Of a DNA stretch of 64,000 nt, positions 48,398 to 58,632 are shown in pieces (positions within the stretch are counted from its first letter, which is position 1; every line of letters begins with the position of its first letter). The DNA comes from Candidatus Krumholzibacteriota bacterium (GTDB lineage Bacteria > Krumholzibacteriota > Krumholzibacteriia > LZORAL124-64-63), in contig JAJRWA010000082.1 of NCBI GenBank assembly GCA_024277025.1, forward strand, positions 13,169-77,168. The letters are read 5' to 3'. The translations under genes and the position numbers were made by a program. Below the pieces are notes generated by a model. It was not told the DNA's origin and did no database searches. It saw nothing but the letters and a program-made list of their open reading frames with translations.

Positions 48398-49063
48398 ATG
48401 CCGCCAGCGAAGACCGGTTATCTGCTGATCTTGGTGCTGTTGGTGACAGGTGTATCCACGGCGTCGGCGGCGGGCCTGCCCGGCGTGGCCGCGGCCGACA
48501 CGGTACGGACGAATCTGTGGCTGATCGAGGCCTTGATGGGCGAAATCGTCAACACCGCTGCGGCCGTCATGCCGCCCGCCCCGGGAGCCGTGCGGCTCGA
48601 GGCCACCCGCGACGATCCGCGCAATGACATTTTCCAGGCGGTGGCTGCCGAGATCCTCGGTGCCGCGGGGTACGACCTCTACGTGGCCGAGGAGGATCCG
48701 GCGCGGCAGGGCGCGGTCGACTATGTGTTCGGTTTCAGTGTCCAGGATATCGCCCTCAGCTATCCCGACGTGGGCCGCACGCTGGGGATCTGGCGGCGCT
48801 GGGTGGAGCGCGAACTGAGCGTGGCGGTGCTGGTCGAGGTTTCCGAAGAAGCCTCGGGGCGGCTCTTGTTCAACGAACGGCTGGAACGGCGCTATGGGGA
48901 TCGCCTGGACAGCGGCGACTTCGACGATGTTGATGCAGATGTGTATGAGTTCACGACGGCGGAAACCACCGAGACAGGGTGGAAGAGCCGGATCGAGGAG
49001 ATCGTGGTCCTGGGTACGCTCGCCGGACTGGTGGCTATTTACTTTGCCAATACGGGCAACTAG
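48398..49063 (+). CDS. Hypothetical exported protein
   Basis: Signal peptide MPPAKTGYLLILVLLVTGVSTASAAG preceded by AGGAAGGG 7 nt upstream. An acidic C-terminal region and a hydrophobic tail. The track start at 48347 is an alternative. Confidence 0.4.
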   Translation: MPPAKTGYLLILVLLVTGVSTASAAGLPGVAAADTVRTNLWLIEALMGEIVNTAAAVMPPAPGAVRLEATRDDPRNDIFQAVAAEILGAAGYDLYVAEEDPARQGAVDYVFGFSVQDIALSYPDVGRTLGIWRRWVERELSVAVLVEVSEEASGRLLFNERLERRYGDRLDSGDFDDVDADVYEFTTAETTETGWKSRIEEIVVLGTLAGLVAIYFANTGN

Positions 49064-49100
49064 GAATCGGCGCCCGCTCGGGTTGCCGTGGGATGATTCT

Positions 49101-49910
49101 GTGAGCATTCCCACCGTCGGATCGGGGTCTTCGCCCGTCCGCCCGCGTCAAGCGGTTCTCCTGTTGTTTGGCGTTTTGCTGGCGGCAGCGCTGCTCAGCG
49201 GCGGCTGTGCGGGCAAGAATCCGTATCCGACCGGCTCGTTCGAACGGGCCGTGTTCTTCGCCGAACAGGGCAAGGATCTGGAAGCCGTCGGCGCCTTTGA
49301 GAGTTTTGTGCGGCACAATCCGACGGATAGCCTGGCGGCTGAAGCCCAGTACCGCAAGGCCATGGTGTACATGGAAACCCACGAGTACCCGTTGGCTGCC
49401 GTGGAGTTTCAGATTCTGCGCAAGGATTATCCGACCAGCCCGCTGGTCGAGGACGCGCTTTTCGAAGAGGGCAAGGCCTACCTGTTCCAGGTCGGGCGCG
49501 TCGAACGTGACCTGACCGGAGCCTACGAGGCGCGGCTGCATTTCCTGAACTTCAGTCAGGAGTATCCGGGCAGCGAACACATGGACGAGGTCGTGGGCTA
49601 TATGCAGGACATCAGCGATCTGATGGTTCGCAAGCGCCTGGAGCAGGTGAAGGTCTACGGCCAGTTGAAACGCTACAGCGCGGTCGCCCTGGTCCTGGAT
49701 GATGTCCTGCGCGAGGAAGCGGGCAGTTCACTGATTCCGCGGGTCATGTGGGAGCGGGCCCTTGCGGCCGAGCGCCTGGATGATCCCGACACCGCGGCGG
49801 ACATGTATGAGAAGCTGATTCAGCAGTACCCCGACAGCGAGTATCGCCAATGGGCGGCCGAGGCCCTGCGGAAGCTGGACGAGCAGGACAGCGACGACTC
49901 GGATACGTGA
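49101..49910 (+). CDS. bamD: Outer-membrane protein assembly factor BamD-like lipoprotein (TPR-like)
   Basis: Signal peptide plus lipobox (LLAAALLSGGCAG), followed by BamD/YfiO-like TPR helices (AVFFAEQGKDLEAVGAFESFVRHNPTDSLAAEAQYRKAMVYME...). The longer track ORF starting at 48894 is rejected. Confidence 0.6.
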   Translation: MSIPTVGSGSSPVRPRQAVLLLFGVLLAAALLSGGCAGKNPYPTGSFERAVFFAEQGKDLEAVGAFESFVRHNPTDSLAAEAQYRKAMVYMETHEYPLAAVEFQILRKDYPTSPLVEDALFEEGKAYLFQVGRVERDLTGAYEARLHFLNFSQEYPGSEHMDEVVGYMQDISDLMVRKRLEQVKVYGQLKRYSAVALVLDDVLREEAGSSLIPRVMWERALAAERLDDPDTAADMYEKLIQQYPDSEYRQWAAEALRKLDEQDSDDSDT

Positions 49911-49945
49911 CCGCGGTTGTCCGCGGCGAGCCGGGGAGGGCAGTG

Positions 49946-50584
49946 ATGGTCCGGGCATTCCTTGGTGGGTCATTCGATCCGGTGCATACCGGGCATGTGG
50001 CCATGGTGGACCATGTCCTGGACAAGGGGCTGGCCGACTTCGTCCACGTCGTGCCCGCCTGGCTGTCTCCCCACAAGCTCAACACCACCGCGGAACCGGC
50101 CCAGCGCCTGGCCATGGCTCGCCTGGCCTTCGGCGAGCGGGCACAGGTGACCGTGGAACCGGTGGAGGTGCAGAGCGGCCGGTCCTGCTTCACCGTCGAT
50201 ACTCTGGCGGCTCTGCAGGCAGCCTATCCGGGCGCGAGTTGGCTGCTCGTGATTGGCGGCGACAATGTGGCGGGTTTTGCCGGCTGGCACGAGGCCCGGC
50301 GCCTGCAGACGCTGGCCCGGGTTGTGGTGTTGGGTCGGGCCGGCGCTGACCTGGAGCAGCCGGCGCTCAGTGCCGCCGGTCTGGATCCCGCACGCTGCCG
50401 GGTCGAGGCCGATTTTCACGCACCGGTGTCATCCACGGCGATCCGTAGTATGCTGGCCAGCGGTCCGGACGCCGCGGCGCTCAGCGCCGCCGGGGTGCCG
50501 GTTGCCGTCGCCCAGTACATAGTCGCCCAGCGGCTCTATCTCCCCGAGCGGAATGGTGAATCCCGTGTCCCTGATCCTGATTGA
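49946..50584 (+). CDS. nadD: Nicotinate-nucleotide adenylyltransferase
   Basis: FLGGSFDPVHTGHV (the (H/T)xGH motif) and a C-terminal SSTAIR motif. Confidence 0.8.
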   Translation: MVRAFLGGSFDPVHTGHVAMVDHVLDKGLADFVHVVPAWLSPHKLNTTAEPAQRLAMARLAFGERAQVTVEPVEVQSGRSCFTVDTLAALQAAYPGASWLLVIGGDNVAGFAGWHEARRLQTLARVVVLGRAGADLEQPALSAAGLDPARCRVEADFHAPVSSTAIRSMLASGPDAAALSAAGVPVAVAQYIVAQRLYLPERNGESRVPDPD

Positions 50585-53387
50585 CGGCGCCGCCCTCTTC
50601 TATCGAGCCCACTATGCTTTCGCCAACCGTCCGCTGACCGCACCCGGCGGTGAAGTGACCAGCGTTGCCTTCGGCTTCTTCAATTCGATCCTGCGGCTGA
50701 TCGAAAAATACGATCCGGAAAAGCTGGCGGTTGTCTTTGACAAGAAGGGCAAGGTTTTTCGCCACGACCTCTATCCGGCCTACAAGGCCAACCGCAAGCC
50801 GATGCCCGAGGAGCTGGCCGCGCAGTTGCCGCGCCTGCGTGAGCTGCTGACGGCCTGGGGCCTGCCGGTCTATGAGCAGGACTACTACGAGGCGGACGAC
50901 CTGATGGCAACGATGGCAAGACGTTCGGCGGGTGTCGTGGACCGGGTGTGGTTCTACACGGGCGACAAGGATTTCATGCAACTGCTGGACGGGCGTGTCG
51001 GCATGCTCAAGCCGGGGCGCAAGGGCGAGGACGTCACGCCGTTTACCGACCAGGACGTCAGGCAGACCTACCAACTGGAGCCGGTCGATCTGATCCAGGT
51101 CTTTGCCCTGGCAGGGGACAAGGCGGACAATATCCCGGGCGCCCCCGGGGTGGGGGACAAGACGGCCCAGAAGCTGGTGCGCGAGTTCGGCAGCCTCGAA
51201 GCCCTCTATGAGGGGCTGGCCGCCAGCAAGCTGACTCCCCGGCTCAAGCGCGTGCTCGGCGAAAGCCGCGAGCAGGTCTTTCTTTCGCGCGACCTGTTCG
51301 TGATCAAGGATGACGTGGAAATGGACCTGGACTGGGAGGGCATGGCGACGGTGCTGCCCAGCGGGCAGCAGGTCAAGGGACTGCTGGCCGAACTCGGCTT
51401 GCGGCGGGTGCTGAGCCTGGCGGAAAAGCTGGAGGCCAGGGGGGGCGCGACTGTCGTGACTCCGGCCGCGGCTGCCGAAGCGGAGCCGGAACCGGCGACC
51501 GAAGCGGATTCCTGGGCTGCCCGCCGGGAAGAGCGGGGATATCGAATTCTGGCCGGCGACGAGGACCTGCGGGCGTGGCTGGCGGCGCTGGATCCGGAGT
51601 CGCCCCTGGCTGTCGACACGGAGACTGATGGCCTGCGGGCGGACCGCTGCCGGCTGGTCGGCGTCTGCCTGGCCGGCTATGACCGACAGGGTGAGCGGTT
51701 GGCGCCGGCCTACGTGCCGGTCCTGTGGCGGGACCCCGATCCCGAGGGTGCCGCCGGGGGCACCCTCTTCCCGCTGGGCCAGGAGCACTCGCGGCTCGCC
51801 GGCGTACAGGCGGTGTTGGCCCCGGCGCTGCAAGGCGGGAACCTGAAGGTGGGCCAGAACCTGAAGTTTGACGAATGGATCCTGGGGCGGCACGAACTGC
51901 CTCTCGGCGGGCCGCGTTTCGCCACGATGCTGGCTTCGTACGTGCTGGATCCGGGCCGCCCGAGCCACGGGCTTGACCAGTTGGTGGCCGAGTTCCTGGA
52001 TCACCGGATGATGCCGTTCAGCGAGCTGTTCGCGGCGGGCGATCGGCAGCAGGATATTCTGGGCGTGGACCCGGACCGCCTGGGCCTGTATGCCGCCGAG
52101 GACGCGGACTACACCCTGCGGCTGTATGAAGTTCTGGCGCCGCAGCTGCAGGAGTCGGGTCTCGAGTCATTGTTCCAGGAAGTGGAAATGCCGGTGGCGG
52201 CGGTGCTGCTGGAGATGGAGCGCAACGGCATCGGGCTGGACCGGGACTTTCTGGCGGAGCTGCGGGCGCGCTTCGAGCTGGAATTGACGCGTCTGCGGGA
52301 GGCCATCATCGAGGCCGCCGGCGAGGACTTCAACATCAACAGTCCCAAGCAGCTGCAGGTCATCCTGTTCGAGAAACTCGGGCTCAGGCCGACCAAGAAG
52401 ACCAGCACGGGCTGGAGCACCGATGTCTCGGTGCTGACGGCCCTGGCGGACGAGCACGAACTGCCGGCACTCATCCTGGAATACCGGCAGATCGCCAAGC
52501 TGCAGAACACGTACGTCGAAACCCTGCCGGAGTTGGTGCATCCGCAGACCGGGCTGATCCACACCTCGTACAACCAGGCGGTGGCCGCCACGGGACGGCT
52601 GTCCAGTTCGTATCCCAACCTGCAGAACATACCAATCCGGACGGAGCTCGGGCGTGAGATCCGGCGGGCCTTTGTGCCGCGGGAGCCCGGCAACGTTTTT
52701 CTGTCGGCGGACTACTCGCAGGTCGAGCTGCGCCTGATGGCTCATCTGGCCGACGACCCCGGCCTGTTGGCGGCTTTTCGGGAGGGGGCCGACGTGCACC
52801 GGCGCACGGCGGCGCTGATCAACGGCGTGGACGAGGCGGCGGTCGATGCCGAGATGCGGTAGCGGGCCAAGGCGATCAACTTCGGCGTGATCTACGGCAT
52901 GGGCGCGCGGGCCCTCGCGCGGCAGATCGGCGTCACGGTGAAGGAGGCGGCGGCCTTCATCGCGAGCTATTTCGAGACCTATCCCGGGGTCAAGACCTTC
53001 ATCGAGGAGACCCGGGAACGGGCCCACCGGGATCACTACGTGGAGACGCTGCTCGGGCGCCGGCGCCTGTTGCCGGAGATCGATTCGGCCAACAACCGTG
53101 TGCGCAGTTTCCAGGAGCGGGTGGCGGTCAACACGCCGATCCAGGGCACGGCCGCCGACCTGATCAAGTTGGCGATGATCGCGATCAGCCGGGAGTTGGC
53201 CGCGAGCAAAGCCAAGGCGCTGCTGCTGCTGCAGGTGCACGATGAACTGGTGCTGGAAGTGCCGAAGGACGAACTGGACGCGACCCGTGAACTGGTGCGC
53301 GCGGGCATGGAAGGGGCCATGGAACTGAAAGTGCCGCTGGTGGTGGATCTGCACGCGGGCGCGAACTGGGCGGAGGCGCACGGATGA
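50553..53387 (+). CDS. polA: DNA polymerase I with a single in-frame TAG (52860-52862) inside polymerase motif B
   Basis: All three Pol I domains are present: 5'-3' exonuclease, 3'-5' exonuclease-like (LAVDTETDGL) and polymerase (motif A LSADYSQVELRLMAHL, motif C LQVHDELVLE). The frame is the same before and after the TAG. The sequence reads ...AAVDAEMR-TAG-RAKAINFGVIYGMGA..., which aligns with the conserved RRxxKxxNFGxxYG motif. Confidence 0.8.
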
Positions 53388-53413
53388 CCAGTGGGGGGCA
53401 GCCGGGTCATGGG

Positions 53414-54028
53414 ATGACGGTCTGGGCCCTGACCGGGCCCATCGGCGCGGGCAAGTCGGCGGTCAGCGGCATCCTGGCCCGGCAGGGGGCGGCGATCGTC
53501 GATGGTGACCGGCTGGGTCACGAGTTGTTGTCGCGACCCGACATACAGCGAGGCATTGCGGCCGGTATCGGGCCCGAATATGTCGCTGGCGGCGTCGTGG
53601 ACCGGCGCAAACTGGGCGCCCGGGTCTTTGCCGACCCGGCCGCGCTGAACGAATTGAATCGCCTGACCCACGGGCCGCTTGGTACGCTGGCGGCCCAGCG
53701 GCTGGCGGCGTTGGCCGCCGCCGGCGAGCATGAGCTTGCCGTGTTCGAGGCCGCCGTGTATTTTCTGTTGCCGTCACCGCCGCCGGTGGATTTGGTGGTG
53801 ACGGTGACGGCACCAAGGCCGTTACGCATCCAGCGCCTGGTGGACCGCGCCGCCGGGGGCCTGAGCCCGGCCCAGGCCGGAGCCCGGATCGCGGCCCAGG
53901 ACGACCTGGTCGCGCTCTGGTCCCGGGCGGACCAGATCATCGAAAATGACGGAACCCTGGACGAGCTCGAGACCCGCGTCCTGCGCCTGTTGTCTCAACC
54001 CAGACCCGGAAGTGAGAACTCCCCGTGA
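53414..54028 (+). CDS. coaE: Dephospho-CoA kinase
   Basis: P-loop ALTGPIGAGKSAV near the N-terminus, with the usual polA-coaE adjacency. Its stop overlaps the prfB GTG by 4 nt. Confidence 0.75.
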   Translation: MTVWALTGPIGAGKSAVSGILARQGAAIVDGDRLGHELLSRPDIQRGIAAGIGPEYVAGGVVDRRKLGARVFADPAALNELNRLTHGPLGTLAAQRLAALAAAGEHELAVFEAAVYFLLPSPPPVDLVVTVTAPRPLRIQRLVDRAAGGLSPAQAGARIAAQDDLVALWSRADQIIENDGTLDELETRVLRLLSQPRPGSENSP

Positions 54029-55135
54029 AAGAATCGCTTGATCGCATTGCCGCCTGCCTGACTCGACTCGAAGCCCTGAAGGAGGGTCTTTGACTACCCC
54101 GCCCTGCAGGAAGAGCAGAAGCAGTTGGAGGCCTTGCAGGCGGCGCCGGAATTCTGGAACAACCAGGAGGAGGCGACGCGGGTTCTGCGCAAGGTGCAGT
54201 CACTGAAGCAGTGGTTGGTGCCGCTGGCGGCGGCGACCGAGAAGGCCGAAGAACTGCAGTTGATGGTGGAAATGATGCAGGAGGAAGGGGAGGCGGACGA
54301 CAGCGGTGAAATCGCCACGGCGGTGTCCGAGCTCGAGCGGTCCGTCGAGAAGCTCGATTCCCAGTTCCTGCTCAGCGGCGAGGACGACGAGCGCGGTGCC
54401 GTACTGGAGATCCATCCGGGTGCCGGTGGTACCGAGAGCCAGGACTGGGCCCAGATGCTGCTGCGCATGTATACCCGTTTTCTCGAACGCAACGACTGGA
54501 AGAGCAAGACCCTGGACCTGCAGGCCGGCGATGAGGCCGGCATCAAGAGCGCGGTCCTGGAAATCGACGCGCCCTTCGCCTACGGTTACCTGAAGAGCGA
54601 GTCGGGCGTGCACCGTCTGGTGCGCATTTCGCCGTTTGATTCCCAGAGCCGGCGGCACACGTCGTTCGCCTCGGTTTTCGTCTACCCGCTGGTCAACGAC
54701 GACGTCGAAGTCGAGATCGACACCTCGGACCTGCGGATCGACACCTATCGGGCCCAGGGTGCGGGGGGGCAGCACGTCAACAAGACCGACAGCGCCATCC
54801 GGATCACCCACGAGCCGTCCGGGATCGTGGTGCAGTGCCAGAGCGAGCGCAGCCAGCACCGCAACCGGGAAAGCGCCATGACCATGCTGCGGGCCAAGCT
54901 GTACCTGAAGGTGATGGAGGAACGCCAGAAGGAACGCGACGCCATCGAGGCCGAGAAGATGGAGATCGCCTGGGGCAGCCAGATCCGCAGCTATGTCCTG
55001 CAGCCCTACACCAAGGTCAAGGATCACCGGACCGACCACGAGACGGGCAACGCCACGGCGGTGCTTGACGGCGACCTCGACCAGTTCACCGAAGCCTATC
55101 TGCGCTGGATGGGCGCCCGCCGCAAGAACAATTGA
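54025..55135 (+). CDS. prfB: Peptide chain release factor 2, produced by a programmed +1 ribosomal frameshift
   Basis: ORF0 runs from GTG 54025 to an in-frame TGA at 54091. An internal SD-like AAGGAGGG (54079-54086) is followed by the slippery CTT TGA C (54088-54094). The +1 frame continues DYPALQEEQKQLEALQ... into the long RF2 ORF. The junction EGL|DY mirrors E. coli RGYL|DY. RF2 signatures SPF and GGQHVNKTDSAIRITH are present. Confidence 0.9.
54079..54094 (+). promoter_or_regulatory. RF2 autoregulatory +1 frameshift site (internal SD plus CUU UGA C)
   Basis: Directly visible: AAGGAGGGTCTTTGAC. Confidence 0.85.
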
Positions 55136-55168
55136 CCGGACAGCCGGCACAGCAAAGGAAGACGAGCC

Positions 55169-56671
55169 TTGGCCAAGAACGAGAAGAACGAAGCGGCGGT
55201 GACGCCTGAAGCCGAAAGCCCGCACCGCCTGGTTGAAATGCGGCTGGCGAAGATGGAAGAGCTGGGGGAGGCGGTTGAACTCTATCCCTACCGCTACGAC
55301 CGCACCCACAACAGCGCCGAGGCCCGCGCCGGTGAAGCCGGGCTGGTGGCAGCGGAAACCGTCGTGCGCTATCCGGGCCGGATCATGGCCAAGCGCGGCA
55401 CCGGCAAGACGATGTTCGTGCCGATCCAGGACGAGTGGGGCACCCTGCAGGCCTACTTCCGCAAGGACGAGCTGGGCGCGGAACGCTTCCACCTGGTGCA
55501 GAAGCTGATCGACATCGGCGACTGGATCGGCGTCGAGGGCACGTTGTTCCGCACGCGCACCGACGAACTGACGATCAAGGTCAGCGATTTCACTTTTCTG
55601 GCCAAGGCGATTCAGCCCCTGCCCGAGAAATTCCACGAGATGAGCCTGGAGAACAAGAGCCGCCGCCGGCACCTGGATCTGGCCATGAATCTGGCCAGCC
55701 GGGAGCGCTTCAAGCGGCGCAGCGCGATCATCAGTGACATCCGCGCTTTCTTCGCCGAAGAGGAATTCCTGGAGGTGGAGACACCGGTGCTGCAGCCCCT
55801 GTACGGCGGCGCCACCGCACGTCCGTTCACCACGCACCATAACGCCCTGGATATGACGCTGTACCTGCGTATCGCCGATGAGCTGTACCTCAAGCGCCTG
55901 ATCGTCGGGGGCCTGGAGCGCGTCTACGAGATCGCCAAGGACTTCCGCAACGAGGGCATGGACCGCACCCACAACCCCGAGTTCACCATGCTCGAGTGCT
56001 ACGCGGCCTACTGGGACTACCATGACATGATGGACCTGACCGAGAACATGCTGCGGCGGCTGGCCGTCCGGTTTGGCGACGAGGGCAAGCTGACCTACGG
56101 CGAGCATGAGATGGACTTCAACCAGCCGTTCCGGCGGGTGCGCTTCATGGATGCTCTGGCCGGGAAGGTGGGGCAGGACCTGATGCAGACCGACACGGCG
56201 GCGCTCAAGGAACTGGCCAGGAAGCACCACATCGAAGTGAAGCCGGGCATGGGGCGCGACAAGATCCTGGACGAATTCTTCAGCGTGCTGGTCGAGCCGG
56301 AGCTGATCCAGCACACGTTCGTCATGGACCACCCCAAGGAGTTGTCGCCGCTGGCCAAGGCCCATCGCAAGACGGAGGGTCTGGTGGAGCGCTTCGAACT
56401 GTTTGTGGCCGGCTTCGAGGTGGCCAACAGTTTCAGCGAGCTCAACGACCCGCGCGAGCAGCGCCGGCGATTTGTCGCTCAGAAAGCGCTGATGGACGCG
56501 GGCGACGACGAGGCCCAGCCCATCGACGAGGATTTCCTGGCCGCCATGGAGCAGGGGATGCCCCCGACCGGCGGCATGGGCCTGGGCATCGACCGCCTGG
56601 TGATGCTGCTGGTCGACACGGCGAATATCCGCGACGTGCTGCTGTTCACCCACATGCGGCCGGAGCAATAG
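55169..56671 (+). CDS. lysS: Lysine--tRNA ligase (class II)
   Basis: Class II motifs and the LysRS-specific layout (N-terminal OB anticodon-binding domain, FLEVETPVLQP, ERVYEIAKDFRNEG, GMGLGIDRLVMLL). The prfB-lysS adjacency is conserved. Confidence 0.9.
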   Translation: MAKNEKNEAAVTPEAESPHRLVEMRLAKMEELGEAVELYPYRYDRTHNSAEARAGEAGLVAAETVVRYPGRIMAKRGTGKTMFVPIQDEWGTLQAYFRKDELGAERFHLVQKLIDIGDWIGVEGTLFRTRTDELTIKVSDFTFLAKAIQPLPEKFHEMSLENKSRRRHLDLAMNLASRERFKRRSAIISDIRAFFAEEEFLEVETPVLQPLYGGATARPFTTHHNALDMTLYLRIADELYLKRLIVGGLERVYEIAKDFRNEGMDRTHNPEFTMLECYAAYWDYHDMMDLTENMLRRLAVRFGDEGKLTYGEHEMDFNQPFRRVRFMDALAGKVGQDLMQTDTAALKELARKHHIEVKPGMGRDKILDEFFSVLVEPELIQHTFVMDHPKELSPLAKAHRKTEGLVERFELFVAGFEVANSFSELNDPREQRRRFVAQKALMDAGDDEAQPIDEDFLAAMEQGMPPTGGMGLGIDRLVMLLVDTANIRDVLLFTHMRPEQ

Positions 56672-56672
56672 C

Positions 56673-57917
56673 GTGGACTTCTCGGGTTTCATTGCCCAGC
56701 GGTATCTGCGCAGCCGCCGGCACAGCCGCTTCCTGAGCCGGGGCAGTGTGACGGCCATTGTCGGCATCGCCCTGGGCGTGATGGTTTTGAACATCACCCT
56801 GGCGGTGATGAACGGATTTCACGGCGAGATGCGCCGGACGTTCGTCGAGAACCTGCCCATGATCTCGGTGATCACGACCACGCCGGAGGGCTTCCTGCAC
56901 GTCGGGGCGGTCATGGACACGATCGGGACCGATCCCGAGGTGGTGGGGGTGGCGCCGTACATTCGGCAGGAGGTTCTGGTGTCTTCGACGCGCCGGATCG
57001 GGCCCCCGCGGCCCCAGGCCGGTGTGGTGTGGGGGATCGAGCCTGACCTGGTGGACTCGGTGCAGCCCATCAGCCGGTTCGTGCGGCCGCACCCCGAGGT
57101 GCTGGCCAGCCTGGACCTGCCGGGCACGCCGCGGGTGATTCTGGGCGCGGATCTGGCCAACTCGCTGTACACGGCGATCGGGGACACGGTGGTCCTGACC
57201 TCGGTCAATGGCGAGGTGGATCTGGACAACATCGCGGCGGTCAGCCGTCGCTTCGTGGTCACGGGCTTTTTCGATTCCGGCATGCCTGAATTCGACGGTC
57301 GGTTTGTCTATACCGGTATCCGGGCGGCCGGCGAGATGCTCGGCTACACCGATGGCGGCGCTTCGCTGATCGGGATCAAGGTGCGGGACATGATGCGGGC
57401 CGGCCTGGTCTCCGACCGGGTCGAATTCAGTCTGGGGCGGGACTTCTACGCCACGGACTGGATGACCATGAACGCCAGCCTGTTCAAGTGGATCAAGCTC
57501 GAGAAGATCATCATGATCCTGCTGCTGGGCATGATCATCCTCATCGCGGGCTTCAACATCATCGGCATCCTGACCATGATGGTCGGCGAGCGGCGGCGTG
57601 AGATCGGCATCCTGCTGGCCATGGGCGCCAGGCGCGGGCAGATCATGGGCATTTTTCTGATCAATGGTGTCTGGTTGGGCCTGGTCGGCGTGTTCTGGGG
57701 CAGTCTGGTGGGCCTGGCCGGAATCTTCTACCTGGATCACTTCGGCGTGGCGCTGCCCGGCGAGGTCTACTTTGTCGACCGGGTGCCGGTGCTGCTGCAG
57801 TGGGGCGACTTCGGCCTGATCGCGGGTGTGACCCTGCTGATGTGCCTGGGCGCGGGCCTCTGGCCGAGCTGGGAAGCGTCGAATCTCAAACCCATGGATA
57901 TCATACGCTACACCTAG
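56673..57917 (+). CDS. Lipoprotein-release ABC transporter permease (LolC/LolE, FtsX-like)
   Basis: FtsX/MacB-type topology: TM1, a large periplasmic domain and three C-terminal TMs (LLGMIILIAGFNIIGILTMMV ... GARRGQIMGIF), about 414 aa. GTG start. Confidence 0.75.
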   Translation: MDFSGFIAQRYLRSRRHSRFLSRGSVTAIVGIALGVMVLNITLAVMNGFHGEMRRTFVENLPMISVITTTPEGFLHVGAVMDTIGTDPEVVGVAPYIRQEVLVSSTRRIGPPRPQAGVVWGIEPDLVDSVQPISRFVRPHPEVLASLDLPGTPRVILGADLANSLYTAIGDTVVLTSVNGEVDLDNIAAVSRRFVVTGFFDSGMPEFDGRFVYTGIRAAGEMLGYTDGGASLIGIKVRDMMRAGLVSDRVEFSLGRDFYATDWMTMNASLFKWIKLEKIIMILLLGMIILIAGFNIIGILTMMVGERRREIGILLAMGARRGQIMGIFLINGVWLGLVGVFWGSLVGLAGIFYLDHFGVALPGEVYFVDRVPVLLQWGDFGLIAGVTLLMCLGAGLWPSWEASNLKPMDIIRYT

Positions 57918-57939
57918 CGATGGTGGAAGGTTGCGGTGC

Positions 57940-58632
57940 ATGCATTCGTTGTTGGCAGCCAGGAATCTGGACAAGGGTTTTCCGCGGGCCGGCGGTGAGG
58001 TCGCCGTCCTGCAGGGGTGCGACTTCCGGCTCGCAGAGGGTGAAGCCGTCGCGGTCATGGGCGCCAGCGGGGCCGGCAAGAGTACACTGCTGAACATCCT
58101 TGGCGGCTTGGACACGCCGACGGCGGGGCAGGTTCTGTCCAACGGGGCGGAACTGGCATTCGACGACCACAAGGCCATGGCCGAATGGCGCTCCCGCGGT
58201 GTGGGCTTCATCTTCCAGTTTCATTTTCTGCTGCCGGATTTCACGGCGCTGGAGAACCTGTTGTTGCCGGTGCGCACACGTGGCAAGGTTACGGACGCTG
58301 ACCGCCAGCGGGCGCTGGATTTTCTGACGACCATGGAATTGGCGGACCGCAGGGACCATCTGCCCGGCGAACTGAGCGGCGGCGAGCAGCAGCGGGTGGC
58401 GATTGCCCGGGCCTTCATGAATCGACCCCGTATTGTGCTGGCGGATGAGCCCTTTGGCAATCTGGACCACGAAATCGGCCGGCGTCTGGGGGACATGCTG
58501 TTCCAGTTGCGGGCGACCGAACGCACCAGCCTGGTCATTGTGACCCATGATCCGCAGTTGGCGGCGCGGGCTGACCGGACGCTTGTCCTGCAGGACAAGC
58601 GCTTGCTGCCGGCGGAAGGAAGTCTCCGATGA
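57940..58632 (+). CDS. lolD: Lipoprotein-release ABC transporter ATP-binding protein
   Basis: Walker A GASGAGKST, an ABC signature LSGGEQQRVAIARA and Walker B IVLADEP. It immediately follows the LolC/E-like permease. Confidence 0.75.
   Translation: MHSLLAARNLDKGFPRAGGEVAVLQGCDFRLAEGEAVAVMGASGAGKSTLLNILGGLDTPTAGQVLSNGAELAFDDHKAMAEWRSRGVGFIFQFHFLLPDFTALENLLLPVRTRGKVTDADRQRALDFLTTMELADRRDHLPGELSGGEQQRVAIARAFMNRPRIVLADEPFGNLDHEIGRRLGDMLFQLRATERTSLVIVTHDPQLAARADRTLVLQDKRLLPAEGSLR

Noticed and set aside
52860-52862. Possibility that TAG (polA) or TAA (PglC-like gene) is a reassigned sense codon (pyrrolysine or an alternative genetic code)
   Set aside because: TAG and TAA terminate many clearly complete genes in this same window (lon, pilT, accC, lysS, lolC, mcsB, clpC, the giant peptidase). 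RF2-dependent UGA recognition is also evident at prfB. No suppressor tRNA is present here, so a standard code with a nonsense mutation or a base error is more parsimonious.
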